Shown here: one piece after another, positions 27,401 through 41,118 of the stretch
Position numbering within the stretch: position 1 is the first letter of the stretch
Layout of the letters: each line of letters opens with the position of its first letter
Position numbers and translations under genes: made by a program
Source of the DNA: Azolla caroliniana
Lineage: Eukaryota > Plantae > Polypodiophyta
DNA: 64,000 bases
Assembly: GCA_043228905.1 (NCBI GenBank)
Contig: JBHGNT010000021.1
Location: 10,726,001-10,790,000 of the forward strand
Direction of reading: 5' to 3'
The notes under the pieces: model-generated
Seen by the model: only the letters and a program-made list of their open reading frames with translations
What the model was told of the DNA's origin: nothing
Databases searched by the model: none

Positions 27401-30026
27401 CCACTCTGCCCGGTTCTCGCACGGGTCCGTTCGTCAATCTCCGGATTGCCGGGTCCCGTTCTCCTATTGCCACCGACCTCTCCTACAGGACTCACGCCGG
27501 CACTCGTGCCGACAACCGGATCGGTGTGAAGATCTCGTGGGTCCGGTCTTCGTTCTCCTCTTCATCCCCTGTACTTCTCCCGAACTCGTCGTCGCTGTCC
27601 TTCATTCCAATTCCCGACCATCGCCCGGTCGGTCTTTCTCCCCATGTAAAAGAGGGCGGCTCGTCCCGCACCCTCTCCCGTATCGGCACCTTCATACCGA
27701 ATCCGTCCCCGATCGAACAATCCACGACCGGATTACGCTCCACCCGTATCGGAGCGTCACGCGGTTTGGTCCCCGGTCGGGTCCTCCCTTGGTCTCTTCG
27801 TCGACCTTTTCGTGGGCCATCTCCCATCCATCTTCGCTGGCATCGTGCCAGGACTCCTCGATACTGTCATCCATCTCCTCGGTCTCACTTGGGCATAAGG
27901 GCCCGAACGCCGAGTTCTCCAGAATCGGGTCCGAGGGCTTTCGTCTGCTCCTTCCCCGCATCGTCTCGCCGATGATTCTTGGTCTCTCGCGGCCGCCTTC
28001 CTCCTCTTGGGACTCACGTGGGCACTCGGGCCCGACTGTCGTCGTCTCGGGAGCAAGTGTGGGAAGACGCAAAGAATCGCTCGTCCTTTTTTCGCCCTTG
28101 TCCGTAGCCACCGGCTCTTCGTGGTCAGCAGTCGTCTCCTTACCGATCGCGCAAGCCCCGTCTGGGCTTGCTTCTCCAATGACTGGGGTTTCGGGCTGAC
28201 ACGCCCAACACCGCTGGTTCCAACATTCCAATCCTGCGATCGGTATCTCGGCCTCGTCCTTGTCCGTTCTATCTCTGCAACTCGAGAGGGCATTTTGTTC
28301 CGCACCCTCTCCCGTGGTACCGTGGTACCAATATTCCGTTATCGCGTGGGTCAAGTCTGTCTCCTCAATCTCGGCTTGCGGCCTCGATCTTTCCTCTTCC
28401 TCAAGCATCGCCTCGAGAGCTGTGTACGCCTCCGCAATCCTGGCCCCAACGCCGACCCTTGCCGACTCTCTTTGCCGTTCGACCTCTTCCCGCTGTGATT
28501 GCACGACGTCGCGTGCCTTCCTCTTAGCCTTCTCGGCTCACTCATTGTCTAGCCGTTGGCACACCCTTCCGACCTTCGACCAGTCCTCCGTAAGCCCATT
28601 CGCTCCATCATCATCTTCGAGCTCAATCCCGATGGCCTCCCGTTCCGTTCGGTCGATCGACCTGATGAACAATAAGACTTTGTCCGCCCCCACCAAACCT
28701 TGTTCCCGCTCCGGGAGTCGAGCAAGCCGTCGCTCGAACTCTCGGAACGCCTTCGTTGCGCCCCAGTGGGTCTTTGCCGATGCTACCCACTGGTCGAAGT
28801 CGTGTCGTCCCCGGCTCTTCCGCCGTCCTCCATATGCCTTCAGGAGCGCCTCTTCAAAGGCCTCCCACGAACTATCAGCTTCTTGGAGCTCTTTCACTAC
28901 CGCGTGCATACGGATGGCTACGACCCGACAGAAGAACTCCAGCCTCAACGCCTCGTCCACACCATGCACTTACATTTCCGCATTGTAAGCTTCCAGGTAG
29001 AATGGGACCTTGTCCCCGTTGAAACTGCCGACTCTTTCGACAACTCGCTCAACCGCTTGCTGCGCTGCTTCTCGCCTCATCACCACTCGTGCAGACTCCA
29101 ACACCACTTCGGCCACCATCTCCGCGAGGTCATCATCTACCGAATCCATGCTCCCTTGCGCCCTTCACGTCGGGTTCACCAAAGATGTCGCGATGTTTCG
29201 CGGGTACATGTAGAATTCCAGGCGGGACCATGGGGGTCTTGGACTAGGGAGGGACGAAGCGTAGGAAGCCGACTTCTCTCCGGTCCCGGCTGCACTGGTT
29301 GTGGCGCGAACCGGAGCGATTCCGGACGCGAGAGAGGAAGAGAGGGAGAGAACAAGCGCGCAACACCAACACAACACACACCTCTTATGTACAGGAAACA
29401 TAGGGAAGGGAAAGCACCCGACACCGACAGAGACACAAATATGCACAACCCTGTATTTATATATATGATTACAAGAGTGAGTTACAACTCCGACTCTGAG
29501 CCGGACTGAGGTAGGCTAGGTCGCAACGACAGTCTGCCGCCAAGCCGCCGTCGGGGAGCTCTCGGGCTGATCGCGCCGAGCGGGGTCTTGCACAGGAGGC
29601 CGAGCTGAAGCAACCTACAATAGGGAGAGATACAACCCCGGCCACGATTCCGGACCCACGGAAGAAGCAGAGTTAACCTAATAGCTTTCCCGCCATAGCT
29701 GCCACTCAACTTCCCTAGAAGGAGAAGGAGCCTAGAAAAAGAAGAAGGAAAGAATGTAACTAACCCTAGAAATGAAGCATAAAATGGTATATACCCTTAC
29801 GACTCAAAAATGGGCAACCCTTCTACAAGGGACCATCCCTTCCTTTTATAGAACAAGGAGAGGGATGCGTTACAATGTGGGATAAATCCCGATTTACATG
29901 GCCTTCTTCGTCCCGACTTAACTCCTATTATTCACACAATTATACGAGGGTGAGTGCACATGGTGCACCCCGCCGATGTAGCCAATATTTCCCGGTTTCC
30001 GCCTTTGGCCGAAATTCTTCACGACA
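24429..30026 (-). mobile_element. Non-autonomous Gypsy element (gag only; LTRs 24429-25288 and 29186-30026; 4-bp TSD ACGC/ATGC; tRNA-Trp PBS)
   Basis: Two LTRs of about 850 bp. Excision restores host gag GYA|TWEQAAS. 29164-29181 TTCACGTCGGGTTCACCA equals the 3' end of plant tRNA-Trp. PPT (rc) at 25289-25300. Gag from 29149 (VERVGSFNGDKV..YL) is homologous to the gag at 52690. No pol motifs seen. Confidence 0.92.
25800..27550. repeat. GC-rich tandem repeats (about 290-330 bp units) in the internal region of the non-autonomous Gypsy
   Basis: GAGTCTCCGGATCGGTGTGAGTGTCTT recurs near 25892, 26219 and 26512, with more diverged CCGGATCGGTGTGA copies near 26830, 27095 and 27515. Confidence 0.85.
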
Positions 30027-33000
30027 ATGCGACATGGGAGCAAGCCGCAAGCTGCGTGATGTATTGTTTGGCGACATGTGTTCACAATCACATGCTTGGT
30101 TACATTTGAGAAGCCAAGACGCCGAAGGAAGCGTGGGAAAATCTACTAAAGATTTTCGCAGCCAACACGACAACGAGGAAGCTTCAACTCCGCCAAGAGT
30201 TGAACAACATTCAGCAAAGGGACATGTCCATCAGGACATATACCTTGAAGATCAAGGAGCCTTGCGACTCGCTCGGCTCAGTAAGCATAAGTATAGATGA
30301 TGATGAAATGGTGCAAATATGCCTCGGCGGCCTCGCACCACGGCTCGGCGCGATTGGAACTGCCGTTCTAGCATGGGAGAAATCTCCCTCCTTCTTCAAG
30401 CTCCAATCAATGCTATTGGTCGAAGAAAACCACATGCGTATAAGGAGCAATGAGTCGGAAGGCCACATGCTCTACACGCACTCTAATGGAGGAAGAGTAC
30501 GCGGACGAGTGAGAGGCCGATTCGGCCAAGGACAAGGCGGACGAGGTCCAACGTACGACAACAACTCCCAATTTCGGCCGCAAACGGAGGCCAACAAGGA
30601 ACCTTCGCAAGAAGGGGGAGCTTCCACTCCGGCCCGACCCGTCAAAACGCAACCAAATGCGGATATTGTAGAAAGCTCGGCCACCACGAAGAAGAGTGCC
30701 GAAAGAAGATGCGTGGATCGGCTTCCACAAGCCGACAACTCACGAATTATGCACACAACTCCAACTACGAAGATCGTGGCGGAATGTATGCACAGAACTC
30801 CGACTACGAAGATCATGGCGGAATGTATGCGCACAACTCTGACCGTGGTGGAATTTTCATGATGAAACATAGAGCAAACTCTATGTCGGCGGCCGCTACC
30901 TCAACTAGTGCCCCCGGTCCGGAAGACGTATGGTTCGTCGATTCCGGGCCTCGAACCATATGGCATCGCATCCAGAATGGTTCTGAGAACTTCGAGAGCC
31001 GGACCGACCCGGCTATGTCGAAACCGGAGACGACACTACGCACCCGATTCGGCACATTGGCAATGTTCCGTTCAGAAAAGAAGGTAAGCAAAATTACATT
31101 AAAAATGTCTTGCATGTACCGACCATTACGAAGAATTTGGTCTCCGTCGGCCAAATTGTAGAGCAAGGGATGCAAGTTCAATTTCATCAAGGCGGTTGCT
31201 TCATCGAAAAAGAGGGCCGACTCATCGCACGCGGCCGAAGAGAGGGCCGGATGTTCATTCTCGATTCACGCGAGATGAAATCTGCCATGTTCGCGAAAAA
31301 CACGAAAGCCGACTCCGACATAGAGCTAGGGCACAAGCAAAGAAACTCAAAGCAATGAAATTGAAAGGAGTCGTCATCGGACTCCCGACATTCAAAGAGA
31401 AGGAGATTGAAGGTGTATGCGGAGCGTGCCAATTCGGCAAGCAACACCGATACCCATTCCCAAAAGAGCGGAACGTGAGCAAAGGTCTACTCGACGTAGT
31501 CCATTCCGACGTATGGGGACCGGCGTAGACGGATACATTCGGCGGGTGCCGATATTAAGTGCTCTTCATCGACAACTTCTCTAGGCACACTTGGATCTAC
31601 CCGATGCGGCAAAAGAGCGAAGTGTTCGGACACTTCCAAAATTTCAAGAATGAAGTTGAGAAAGCCACAGGCTGACATGTACAATGCCTTCGATCCAATG
31701 GCGGCAAGGAGTACTTCTCGGATGATTTCACGGCGTATCTCCAAAAGGAAGGAATTCGGCGAGAATTCACTTGCCGACACAATCCGCAACAAAACAGAGT
31801 AGCCGAGTGCAAAAATCGGCACATCCTCGAAGTAGCGCGGGCCATGATGAACGAGAAGCATATGCCCAAGTCATATTGGGCCGAAGCTGCAAATACGGCC
31901 GTTTACCTAATGAACTGGTGCACAACATTCGGCGTGCACGAGGTCACTCCGCACGAACAATACTTCGGAAAGAAGCCGGACTTATCGCACATCCGGATAT
32001 TCGGCGTGATAGCGTACGTGCACATCCCCAATGAGAAGCGTCAAAAGCTTGACCCGAAGTCGGAGAAATGTATCCTCGTAGGATACTCATTGGATCAAAA
32101 GGGGTACAAGTGCTACAACCCCTCAACTCGAAAATCTCGAGTAAGTTGAGACGTCGTTTTTGACGAGTTCGCATCCTGGTACACACCAGAGACAACTCCA
32201 ACTCCGACTCCGCTCGACCCAGAATTCGCCGAACAAGATATCGAGGATGCGCATATTCGAAGAAAGTCTGATCACGACCCGATTGAGTGAACCACAAGAG
32301 CCTTTCAGCGATCAAAGCACATCATGGCCTAGCCCGAAGATGGACAAAGGCAAGGCGAAAATGTCGGAATACAAAGATGATAGCTTCAACGACGATGAGT
32401 CGACTCACTCACTCGACAGTGAGTTCGGTGGTTTCGAGGTACCAATCGGAGCTAAGAAAGCCCTCATCTCTGCAAATGAAAAGCTCTGCCGATCCACTCG
32501 TGAAAAGAACCCCGTAAGCTGATTTGGCTACAACGATTATATGGCGTACCATTACGCCTTTATGATGAAGATTGCGACAATATGGGAGCCGGGAACTTTT
32601 TCGGAAGCCGCGAAGAACCCGCGATGGATCGAAGCAATGAACGAGGAGATGCAGGCACTACGGAAGAACGAGACGTGGGATCTCGTTCCCACCTCACCAC
32701 ACAAAAAGGCGATCGGATGCAGATGGATCTACAAGGTCAAGTATAACGCCGATGGCTCCATAAACCGCTACAAAGCTCAACTCGTAGTGAAAGGATACGC
32801 TCAGACGCATGGCGTCGACTACAAAGAGACCTTTTCCCCGGTGGCAAAGATGATGATGGTGCGGACCGTAATTGCGCTTGCCGCGGCGAAAGGATGGCAC
32901 CTCCATCAAATGGACGTAAAGAATGCCTTTCTACAAGGAGAATTAGAAGAGGAGGTGTACATGATACAACCACCCGGCTTCAACTTGAGCACACGACCCG

Positions 33001-34732
33001 AAAGTTGTAAGCCGACTCAAGAAGCCACTCTACGGCCTCAAGCAAGCACCACGTGCTTGGCATTCGAAGATAACGCAATATCTTCATCAAATTGGCTTCT
33101 GTATGTCAAAATCGGACAACTCCCTCTACATACGAAGCGATTCCGCAAGTCCACTCGTCATCATCTTATATGTGGATGACCTAGTCATTGGAGGTGAGCA
33201 TCTCGTCGAAATCAATAAGGTCAAATCCCTCCTTTCCGACAAGTTCGAGATGACGGATATGAAGGAGCTCCACTACTTCCTCAACATCGAGGTAATTCGG
33301 ACTCCGGCCGGAATCATGATCTCTCAACGGCACTACATCCTCAACTTGTTATACAAGTTCGGGATGGCTGAGTGCAAATCCATGGCAACCCCACTTGATC
33401 GCAATCTCAAACTAGATGCGAACTCCAGCACCAAAGCGTGTGAGCCGACTCAGTATCGGCAACTCATCGGGAGTCTCATCTACCTCACGATCACACGACC
33501 CGATCTCAGTTATCTGGTCGGTCTCCTTAGCCAATTCATGCAAACACCGCGTGCTACTCACTTGGATTGCGCTAAGCGAGTTCTACGATACGTGAGCGGC
33601 ACAATGGATTGCGGCATCCTCTACAAGGCCGCGATGCCAATACGACTCGAGGGGTACACCGACGCCGATTGGGCCGACTACAAAGCCGATATAAGATCAA
33701 CCTCTGGATTTGTTTTCTCCCTCAGCTGCGGAGCAATATCCTGGAGTAGCAAGAAGCAGCCTACCGTTGCTCTTTCGAGTACGGAGGTGGAATACAGGGG
33801 CGCAGCTGTAGTTGCGTGTGAAGCCGTATGGCTCAAGAGGATTTTGAAGAATCTAGGCGTACCCATCAAGGATCCGACTTCCCTTTACTGCGACAACATG
33901 AGTAGTATTTATCTGGCTCGGAACCCGGTGTTCCACAAGCAGACAAAGCACATCGAAGTGCACTATCACTTCATCCGAGAGCGCGTTCTAGCTGGCGATG
34001 TCGACCTACAACATATTAGCACCAATCTTCAAACGACCGACATCTTCACTAAAGCTTTAGGAGATGACAAGCTATGGCAATTCATGAACAATCTCGGATT
34101 GACGATCCCTAACTTGCCAAGCTTGAGGGGGAGTACGAAGACACTACGCAATAACGCGTAGATTCCGCAACCGCACACTACGCAATAACACGTGGATTCC
34201 GCAAATCACGCATCAAAGCCGCGGAGAGCTGATCTACCTCACAAAGCCGTGAAGAAAGACGCAAGCCGAAGCACAGACTTCACAACTACGCACAACACAA
34301 GCTGGGGCACGGATTCTGCAACTCCGCATAAAGCAAGTCGACACGAGTCGACAAGGACTCCGGAACACGAGTCGAAACAGATATCGGATACTGTCTGAAA
34401 CCGACCCGACTTGAGCTTGAGGGGGCGTGTTGAGAATCAAGCTCAACTTGGTCTAGTGTTTGAACTCAACACCTTGAGAGTGAATAGACACTCCAACGGT
34501 CAAGAGTCAGCATTAAGTCACCTCTTTGTATTCTAGCATTTAGTATGAGTCATAGAATCTTATTCTATGACACATAACTTATGAGCTTTCACATTCCCCA
34601 TGCTCCATGAGCCTTGTAGTTAATGAAGAGAGAGGGTGACTACATAAAGCACTCTCCTCCCACCTTATATAATGTTGAGTCTTTCTCCTTTGTCAATATA
34701 CATTTACCTTGCGTATTCTCTGTGTTTCACTC

Positions 34733-34779
<47 letters not shown>

Positions 34780-37326
34780 CACAGACATAACTCACATCTC
34801 TTCCGCTTCACAACAATCCATCTGTTGATTCTTTACAATCGGTAATGATCGCCGATCGCCTGACTGCTGTCATCATCTCAATAAAAGATGGCAAAAAGAT
34901 GTGGACAGTAGTGGCGTAATGGCTCACTCTGTTAGCACCGCTGGTGGAGCCCATGAAACAAAGGAAGAGGGGAAGACCGACAGAATCGACCCCCAAAACA
35001 AGTTCAAAATGGCAGCAACTCCTGGCTACCTAGGCGAAGGAATGACCGAATCGGAAGCGGCCGGCAGAGAAGGAGGCATCGATGAACACCTCGGGGAGAC
35101 CTTTGAAAATCAAGTTGCGCCCGACGGAACAACAAGCAGAACAGCAACCGAAGAAAACGCAGGGGCAAGACCCCTTGGCGGCGTTAATCAACAAAAAGAC
35201 TCTGGAGGAAGAACAACAGGAAGACGAGCCTACGAAGACGTTGTTACGTCGTCGCCAGACAAGTGAGAAGGGCCACGAAGGGGGGACATCAAGGCCAATG
35301 GAGGATATTATACTAGAAGCCCTCCCTGAGGAGCCGCTGCCTAGGAAGGCAGGAAAACTTGCTCAACAAGAATCGGGGACGGAGCAAGTGGTGCAACAGG
35401 ACATCGCGGAACCAGCGGTCTAGGACACGACAGTACTGGTGGATCAAGAACTGGTCATTGAATTGCCGGCATCGCCGCCGCAGCAGCTATAACCAGAACC
35501 GGAGCGACCGCTTGAAGTAACCGTCAATAGTAGGTTCATGGCCAGTGAAAACACCCTCCCATGACCAGAACTAGAATGACAACAAGGCACCGACAGTCAA
35601 TGGCTATGATGGGTAGTAGAACAAGTGACTGGGGTCGTCTGCCCGTTAGAAGCGGAAGAGAAAGCGCATGAAGACTGGTTACTAGCCACAAATCTGGAGC
35701 ATGGAGGAAGACATAGAGAAGGCCAGAACAGAAATGGCCAAGTTGGTCATAGAAGGACCACAACAATCGGAACCGGTGGCTCCGGTAACTTTACAGAGCA
35801 TTCCGACCCCGGTGACTAAGGCATGCCCGGATACTCATGAAACGTCAGCATAGGAGCTCACCACGCTAAGGGAAGACCTGGCGACACAAGAAGCCTTACG
35901 AGCCAGGGAACGAGAATTGAAAAAAGCGGCGGCGGAGGAACAACAGAAGACGGCCGATAGCCTCCGCCGAACAGAGGAAAGGTTGAGAAGAGGTCATCAA
36001 GCGTATGACCGGCTGAAAGAAGAGAAAGACAAACTCCTACAAGAAAAAGAGAAACTCCAACGGATGGCGGAAGTGGAGATTGAGCGCCTCAAAGAAGAGC
36101 TCTGGAAATAAAAAGACCATGAGGACCGTGCTCGCCGACTTATCAATCAAAAGCTAAAACAAAAAACCAACGACTTCTGTTGACTGCACCAGGATTATGA
36201 GCATTTGGATGTTGATCATAAGAAATTGATTACTGAAATTGACCAGTAGCAGGAAAAGTGCAGGGAACTCCGGGAGGAAATTAATCGGATAACGATGGCA
36301 TTGATGGACAAGCAGTAGAAGGGAGCTGAAGCAGCTAAACAACTAGCGAAAGAGCGACTGGACCTGCAAGTGAAGCACCATGCGGAAACGGAGCACACTA
36401 CAATGACTCTGAACAGAGTTCAGACAACCTATCAGACCCAACTCATGCACTACAGAAGCCAAGAAGTGGCAACCGCGAGCCTGATCAAGCAATTGAAGGA
36501 CGAAGAAATAGGACGCGGAGAACAAGTCGAAGATGGGGCTGGGCTGGATCCGGGATATCATACTGGCATGGAGGAATCGAACAAAGAAATTAGTGGAAGA
36601 AAGCTCAGTATAGTGGTGCTCTAAGTGGGCTAAGCAGGCAACGGAGCTACAGTTGTTGTGGGCAAATGCGGAAAACCGGCGGAAAGAGGGCGACGAAGTT
36701 TACATCTTGGATAAGGAAAGCATCGAAGCGATAAAGGAAGAACTGTTGGATGATTTCATATTCTTGGCTGATGAGCAGAGGGTGGCGGTATGCCAGTTGG
36801 TGACACAATTGGATGATGACCAACTAGACAACCAACTCCGTTTCGAAAAGTACGAATGGGAACGACGACGGTAAGAAGTGGCCAAGAAAACTGTGGTGAT
36901 TAGCATCAGTGACGAGGAGCCATCTTCAGAAAAAATGCTGGTTAAAGCCGGGGGAAGCCAACCAAATAGTACTCAGGAGGAGCCACTAAATGAAGGTCAT
37001 CTGCAGGAACCGATGCACGCCGGACAGCAGAACCAGGAGACACTAGGACCAGTAGAACCGGAAAAGGAGGAAGAGCCGGTAAGACTAGTGGAGCCGGAAA
37101 AGGAGGATGAGCCGGTTAGACCGGCAGAGCCGTAGGAAACGGACGTCAACCAGAAGCAGCCACAACTAGAGCGAGAGCAACAACAAGAGCAATTGAAGGA
37201 ACAACAGAAATCGGGGCAACAACAGGAGGAGGAACAATAGCAGCAACAGATGACAGAACAACTTTCCGAAGAACCATTGGAACCCTTAGATCAAAGATTT
37301 CTGGACATTTTGGAGGATGAATGAAA

Positions 37327-37362
37327 AACACGTTCGCGTTCACAAGTGGAAGGATCGCGCAT
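37327..37362 (+). repeat. Left terminal inverted repeat
   Basis: AACACGTTCGCGTTCACAAGTGGAAGGATCGCGCAT. Confidence 0.95.
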
Positions 37363-37796
37363 AAATGGAAGGAGAAGGGAAATTTTAGGGGTTTTTCAAT
37401 GATTTTACAAAACACATTGATACCAGTATCATACAAGTTCAAACATACTATGAAAAAGGTTAAAAATCCACTATTTTCGTGATTTAGAAGTAACTAAAAA
37501 AAGACGAATTTCAAAAACATACATTCTCAATTTATATCACAAACTTTACAACCAATGTTATTTTATAAGAAACGATTTTTGGGAAATCATAAGAATTCAA
37601 AACACATGATTTTATATTACTCGATTTGTTACAAGCGGAATGTAGTTACACTTAATAGCCAAATATACATTCATGATCACTCCTTTACGGAGAATCACTA
37701 CTATAACTAATATACAATGACGATTCCTCCTCATCATCCTCGGATGTACCAATCAGTGCATTATCTTCGTCATAAACCAAATGGTTTGACTCTAGA

Positions 37797-40437
37797 TTAT
37801 ATGTAGCAGATCTCGTTTGCCTTTGACTCGAGCCACCTTGTAGACCTGGTAATTTTTCTTTTATTATATCTATTGTTGACTTCCTTAATCATCCGGCTTT
37901 TTGTAAGTGTGAAGTCGTACACGATGATATCCACATCAGAGATATCAAGGGTCGAGGTGTTACGAATGTTTCGCTTCCTCTTCCTACCTCCCCTTCTTGT
38001 TTGGCATTCAATCATCTCCAATGTATACTTACCTGTAAAAGCATTTGCACTTCTAGTGTTGTACCAATGAACATTTATAGACTTGATCGTGTTATCTATT
38101 TCATGCATTAGCACTTCTAGAATTTTACCAACCCAAAATTGGTGGCCATGTGAGTTCTCATCAGCCGGCGTTGCAATCAACATCCCCGCGGTGAGCTCTT
38201 GCAAATTTCCTTGCCATCTAGCTTCGGCTGCTTTGGTCATCCTTGGTCCCACATAAATGTCTCTTTGTTGTGGATGGACCAAGCTGTCATTAATCGCATT
38301 TACTAGTCGCTCCGGACTTCTATTTACGCGATCATGTTGCAGCGACCATGTGAATGGCGTTTCCAAATTCCAATTATCAACAGATACACAATTGTCTATA
38401 ATTTCTTTCTGATCACTATAAAATACATCCCACCATGACGTGTCTTGTTGTGTGGCATATTTCTTGGCGGCCTCAATATGTTTTCTTTTTTCTTCTAAGG
38501 CTTGGAGCCATGACCGTTTTTGTTCTAATACCAAGTCGCTCTGCAACTGTCCTTTCTTCTCAATTGGCATTTGCTTAGCTCCATGGACAATTGTACTCGG
38601 CATACAAAGTAATAACTGGCAACCACCTTCAGGTTCCCATGTTGTAGAAGATGAATATTGTTTAGCATACAAAAGTGTAGAACCACTTATTCCATTTTTC
38701 TTTATCAAAAAAATGTGATTGAAACTTATATTGTTTAACTGAGCAAGCACTTTAACATTCCCACCACCCCCATCTAATATATATCTCTTAAAGTCATATA
38801 CCTCCTTCAAGTGTAACACTTTTGGGCGTGGTGTATATGCATCACAAATGACATCAAATAGTTTAGGTAAAGTGAAAGCATCATGCCGAGACAACTGTCT
38901 GGAGAATGTGCTAAACATCTGATCTATATGGTCATGTGTGTGGCCAACCAAAAGGAAATTGACTTTCACTTTCCTAAACAATTCTAGGTTGACCAACATA
39001 CTTAGATAGCCAAATACAGTTGAATTTTTGTTCTCTCTAGCAGTATTGTCCAATTGAATGTATAGAACAGGGGGGAAAGGTTGTCCCCAAGACATCAAAA
39101 CTCGGTGAATCACTGTAACTGTTAGGTTAGGGTCATTGTGAACATTGGGGTAAGTAATGAAGACGTGAGGTCGAATAGACCTATTATAAGCCAAGCATCC
39201 CACCAAGTGCATTTGAACAAGGCACTCATCATTGACATCTTTGGGGAGCCTCCGCATATGCGGCAAGCATGTCTTCTTCTGGTCCATGCCATCTATCATT
39301 AAGCACATGTATTGTTCAGGCCTCTTCAAACACTTCTCTCTATGATGCATCGCCTTCCTTCGTTCTAAGGATTGTGCCTCACGATGCTCTTGTAGTAACT
39401 TCTTACTCGTATCCTTTTCCATTGATGTCTTTGCACCTTTAGCCAAACTTTTAAGATTTGCACAAATGGAGCAATAACCCATACGTACTTTACGAGGAAT
39501 AATAACATTTGAAAACCGAGCTCTCCATAATCTTGTGAATTGGCTATAGGTGATAGACTTATTACGTGAGCCCAACATTTCAGATCGATAGACATCATAA
39601 ACTTCCCGACGGGTATAATTATCAGAAAGATGCATCCTACCTGTAGTGGGCATTACTTCACAATTTAACTGAAAGTAAGTTTTCATCCAGCCAATAGCTA
39701 GTCTTCCAATTGCACCTTTCATACTTGGAACCTCTTTACAATTGAGCATCTGATCCCCGCTAAGTAGACGTTGTTGTACTCTATGTAGCCGCATGTTACT
39801 AACACATAACACAATTTTGAATGCAACTCTACATATCAGTTGCGCATGGAACCGTACATTTGTCAGATACTAGTTGCATATGTGATCCGAGGTAAGTGTC
39901 TTGCTCATCACCGGTCATCGAAAAATAGTATCGCCTTAATTCTCGCAACTTTGATTTTCCAATCATAGACATACAACCACGGGCACAACATATTTTGTTG
40001 ACATCAAATCCAATCTGTTTATCTGATGTCACCAAGCTAAATCTAGCCAGACGAATTCTTCGTGGGATTCTTCTAATATGCATAGGGCTCCCAGATTTCT
40101 CTTCCTGCATAGAGGTTGGTGTAACCTTGTTACAGTCTAATTCTCTGTTCTGACCATCGCCAATGTTATTCAATGTTTCCTGGGCACTTCCTTCATTCCC
40201 GGTATCTTTATTAATATCGTATTCTTCAATAGAGAACTCTTCACATGTGTCATTATTTGCATTCCCTGTAGATGAGCTCAGACAATATTCTTCGATAGAA
40301 TATGGTGAGTCGGTCGAAAGACAATATTCTTCAATCGAATATGGTGACTCTGTTGATAAACAATACTCTTCAGTAGTAAACGATGGGTCTGATGACAAAC
40401 AATATTCTTCAATCGAGAACGGTGAATCTTCACTCAT
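37797..40437 (-). CDS. Sola-like (DUF7869-type) DDD/E transposase, split by a frameshift near 39830-39875, with a further frameshift/stop near 37890-37900
   Basis: Catalytic-type motifs LMIDGMDQ, LYIQLDNTARENKN and FLLVGHTHDHIDQMFS. Also N-terminal CCARGC...LRELRRYY, ICRVAFKIVLCVS, a CSIC...H zinc motif and a C-terminal FWVGKI...HWY beta domain. The second frame is open upstream of 39812 and overlaps the 202-aa ORF. Confidence 0.85.
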
Positions 40438-41110
40438 GGCTTAAGGTCTAGATAGGGCTCTCTAAGTTATACTCCTCTCTAACCATATACTCCTCCCTAA
40501 ACATAAACTTCTCTCTAAACAAAAGCCAAATCAATAGAATGTCTATATTATGTAATATTCTATTAAAATACAATACATCTAAAAATTATTTTTAATAAAG
40601 TAATTTAACTTAAATTATCAATCATTATATAAACTAGATCTAAATGATGTTAAATCAAGTAAAATATAAAACTAATCATTAACAAGCCTTGAATATGTTG
40701 GATTAATGTTAAAATCATTGGCTAATTAATGACACCCATTTTGATATAGAACGTCTCACTCATTGATTCTTTAATGCTCACCATTTTAAATATTAGACTT
40801 ATCAATCATTGGTTAATTCATGCCCACATCTTTAATACATAACTATTGAGAGTCATAAAATTTTTTGCTTTTAGTAATCAATCATTGGTACATTCATGAA
40901 CCTCTATCATTGTCTCCTTCATAACCTTTGAAGTGATTGTAGGTTGTTATGAGTATAAAAGATTGATCAATATGTTAGTTTGACTTTATAATCATTAATA
41001 CAATCATAAGTTACTATAGTTAATGTGACTATGGTTACAAACTAACTATCCTCAAAGTTACCAACATTGGTTAAGATGACTATGGTTACTTTAACCATGG
41101 GTTCAATCCC

Positions 41111-41118
41111 TATAAATA
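41111..41118 (+). promoter_or_regulatory. TATA box of the ParB-like/methyltransferase gene
   Basis: TATAAATA about 140 bp upstream of the ATG at 41252, followed by a 5' UTR with six 9-bp CAGAGC(G/A)NN repeats. Confidence 0.6.

Larger units (their letters stand above)
23657..34837 (+). mobile_element. Copia LTR retrotransposon (LTRs 23657-24105 and 34428-34837), gag interrupted by a Gypsy
   Basis: Paired LTRs TGTTGAGAATC...TTTACA, iMet PBS 24106-24117, PPT before 34428, decayed TSD GCCGG/ATCGG. Gag from 24265; INT at about 31490-32150; RT/RNase H 32541-34161 (YVDDL, YCDN). Confidence 0.95.
23245..37320 (+). pseudogene. Extra sense ORF 3' of pol in the host Gypsy (23245-23656 joined to 34843 to about 37320), coiled-coil rich, function unknown
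   Basis: Removing the Copia and one TSD copy restores VDWP|VMIAD. Homologous to 47636-48123 (YFGEYS, IIATY.G...DW) and to 2220-3390. Confidence 0.7.

Noticed and set aside
25322-29509. Numerous overlapping plus-strand ORFs
   Set aside because: They are by-products of GC-rich tandem repeats, LTR sequence and the antisense strand of gag, with no recognisable domains.
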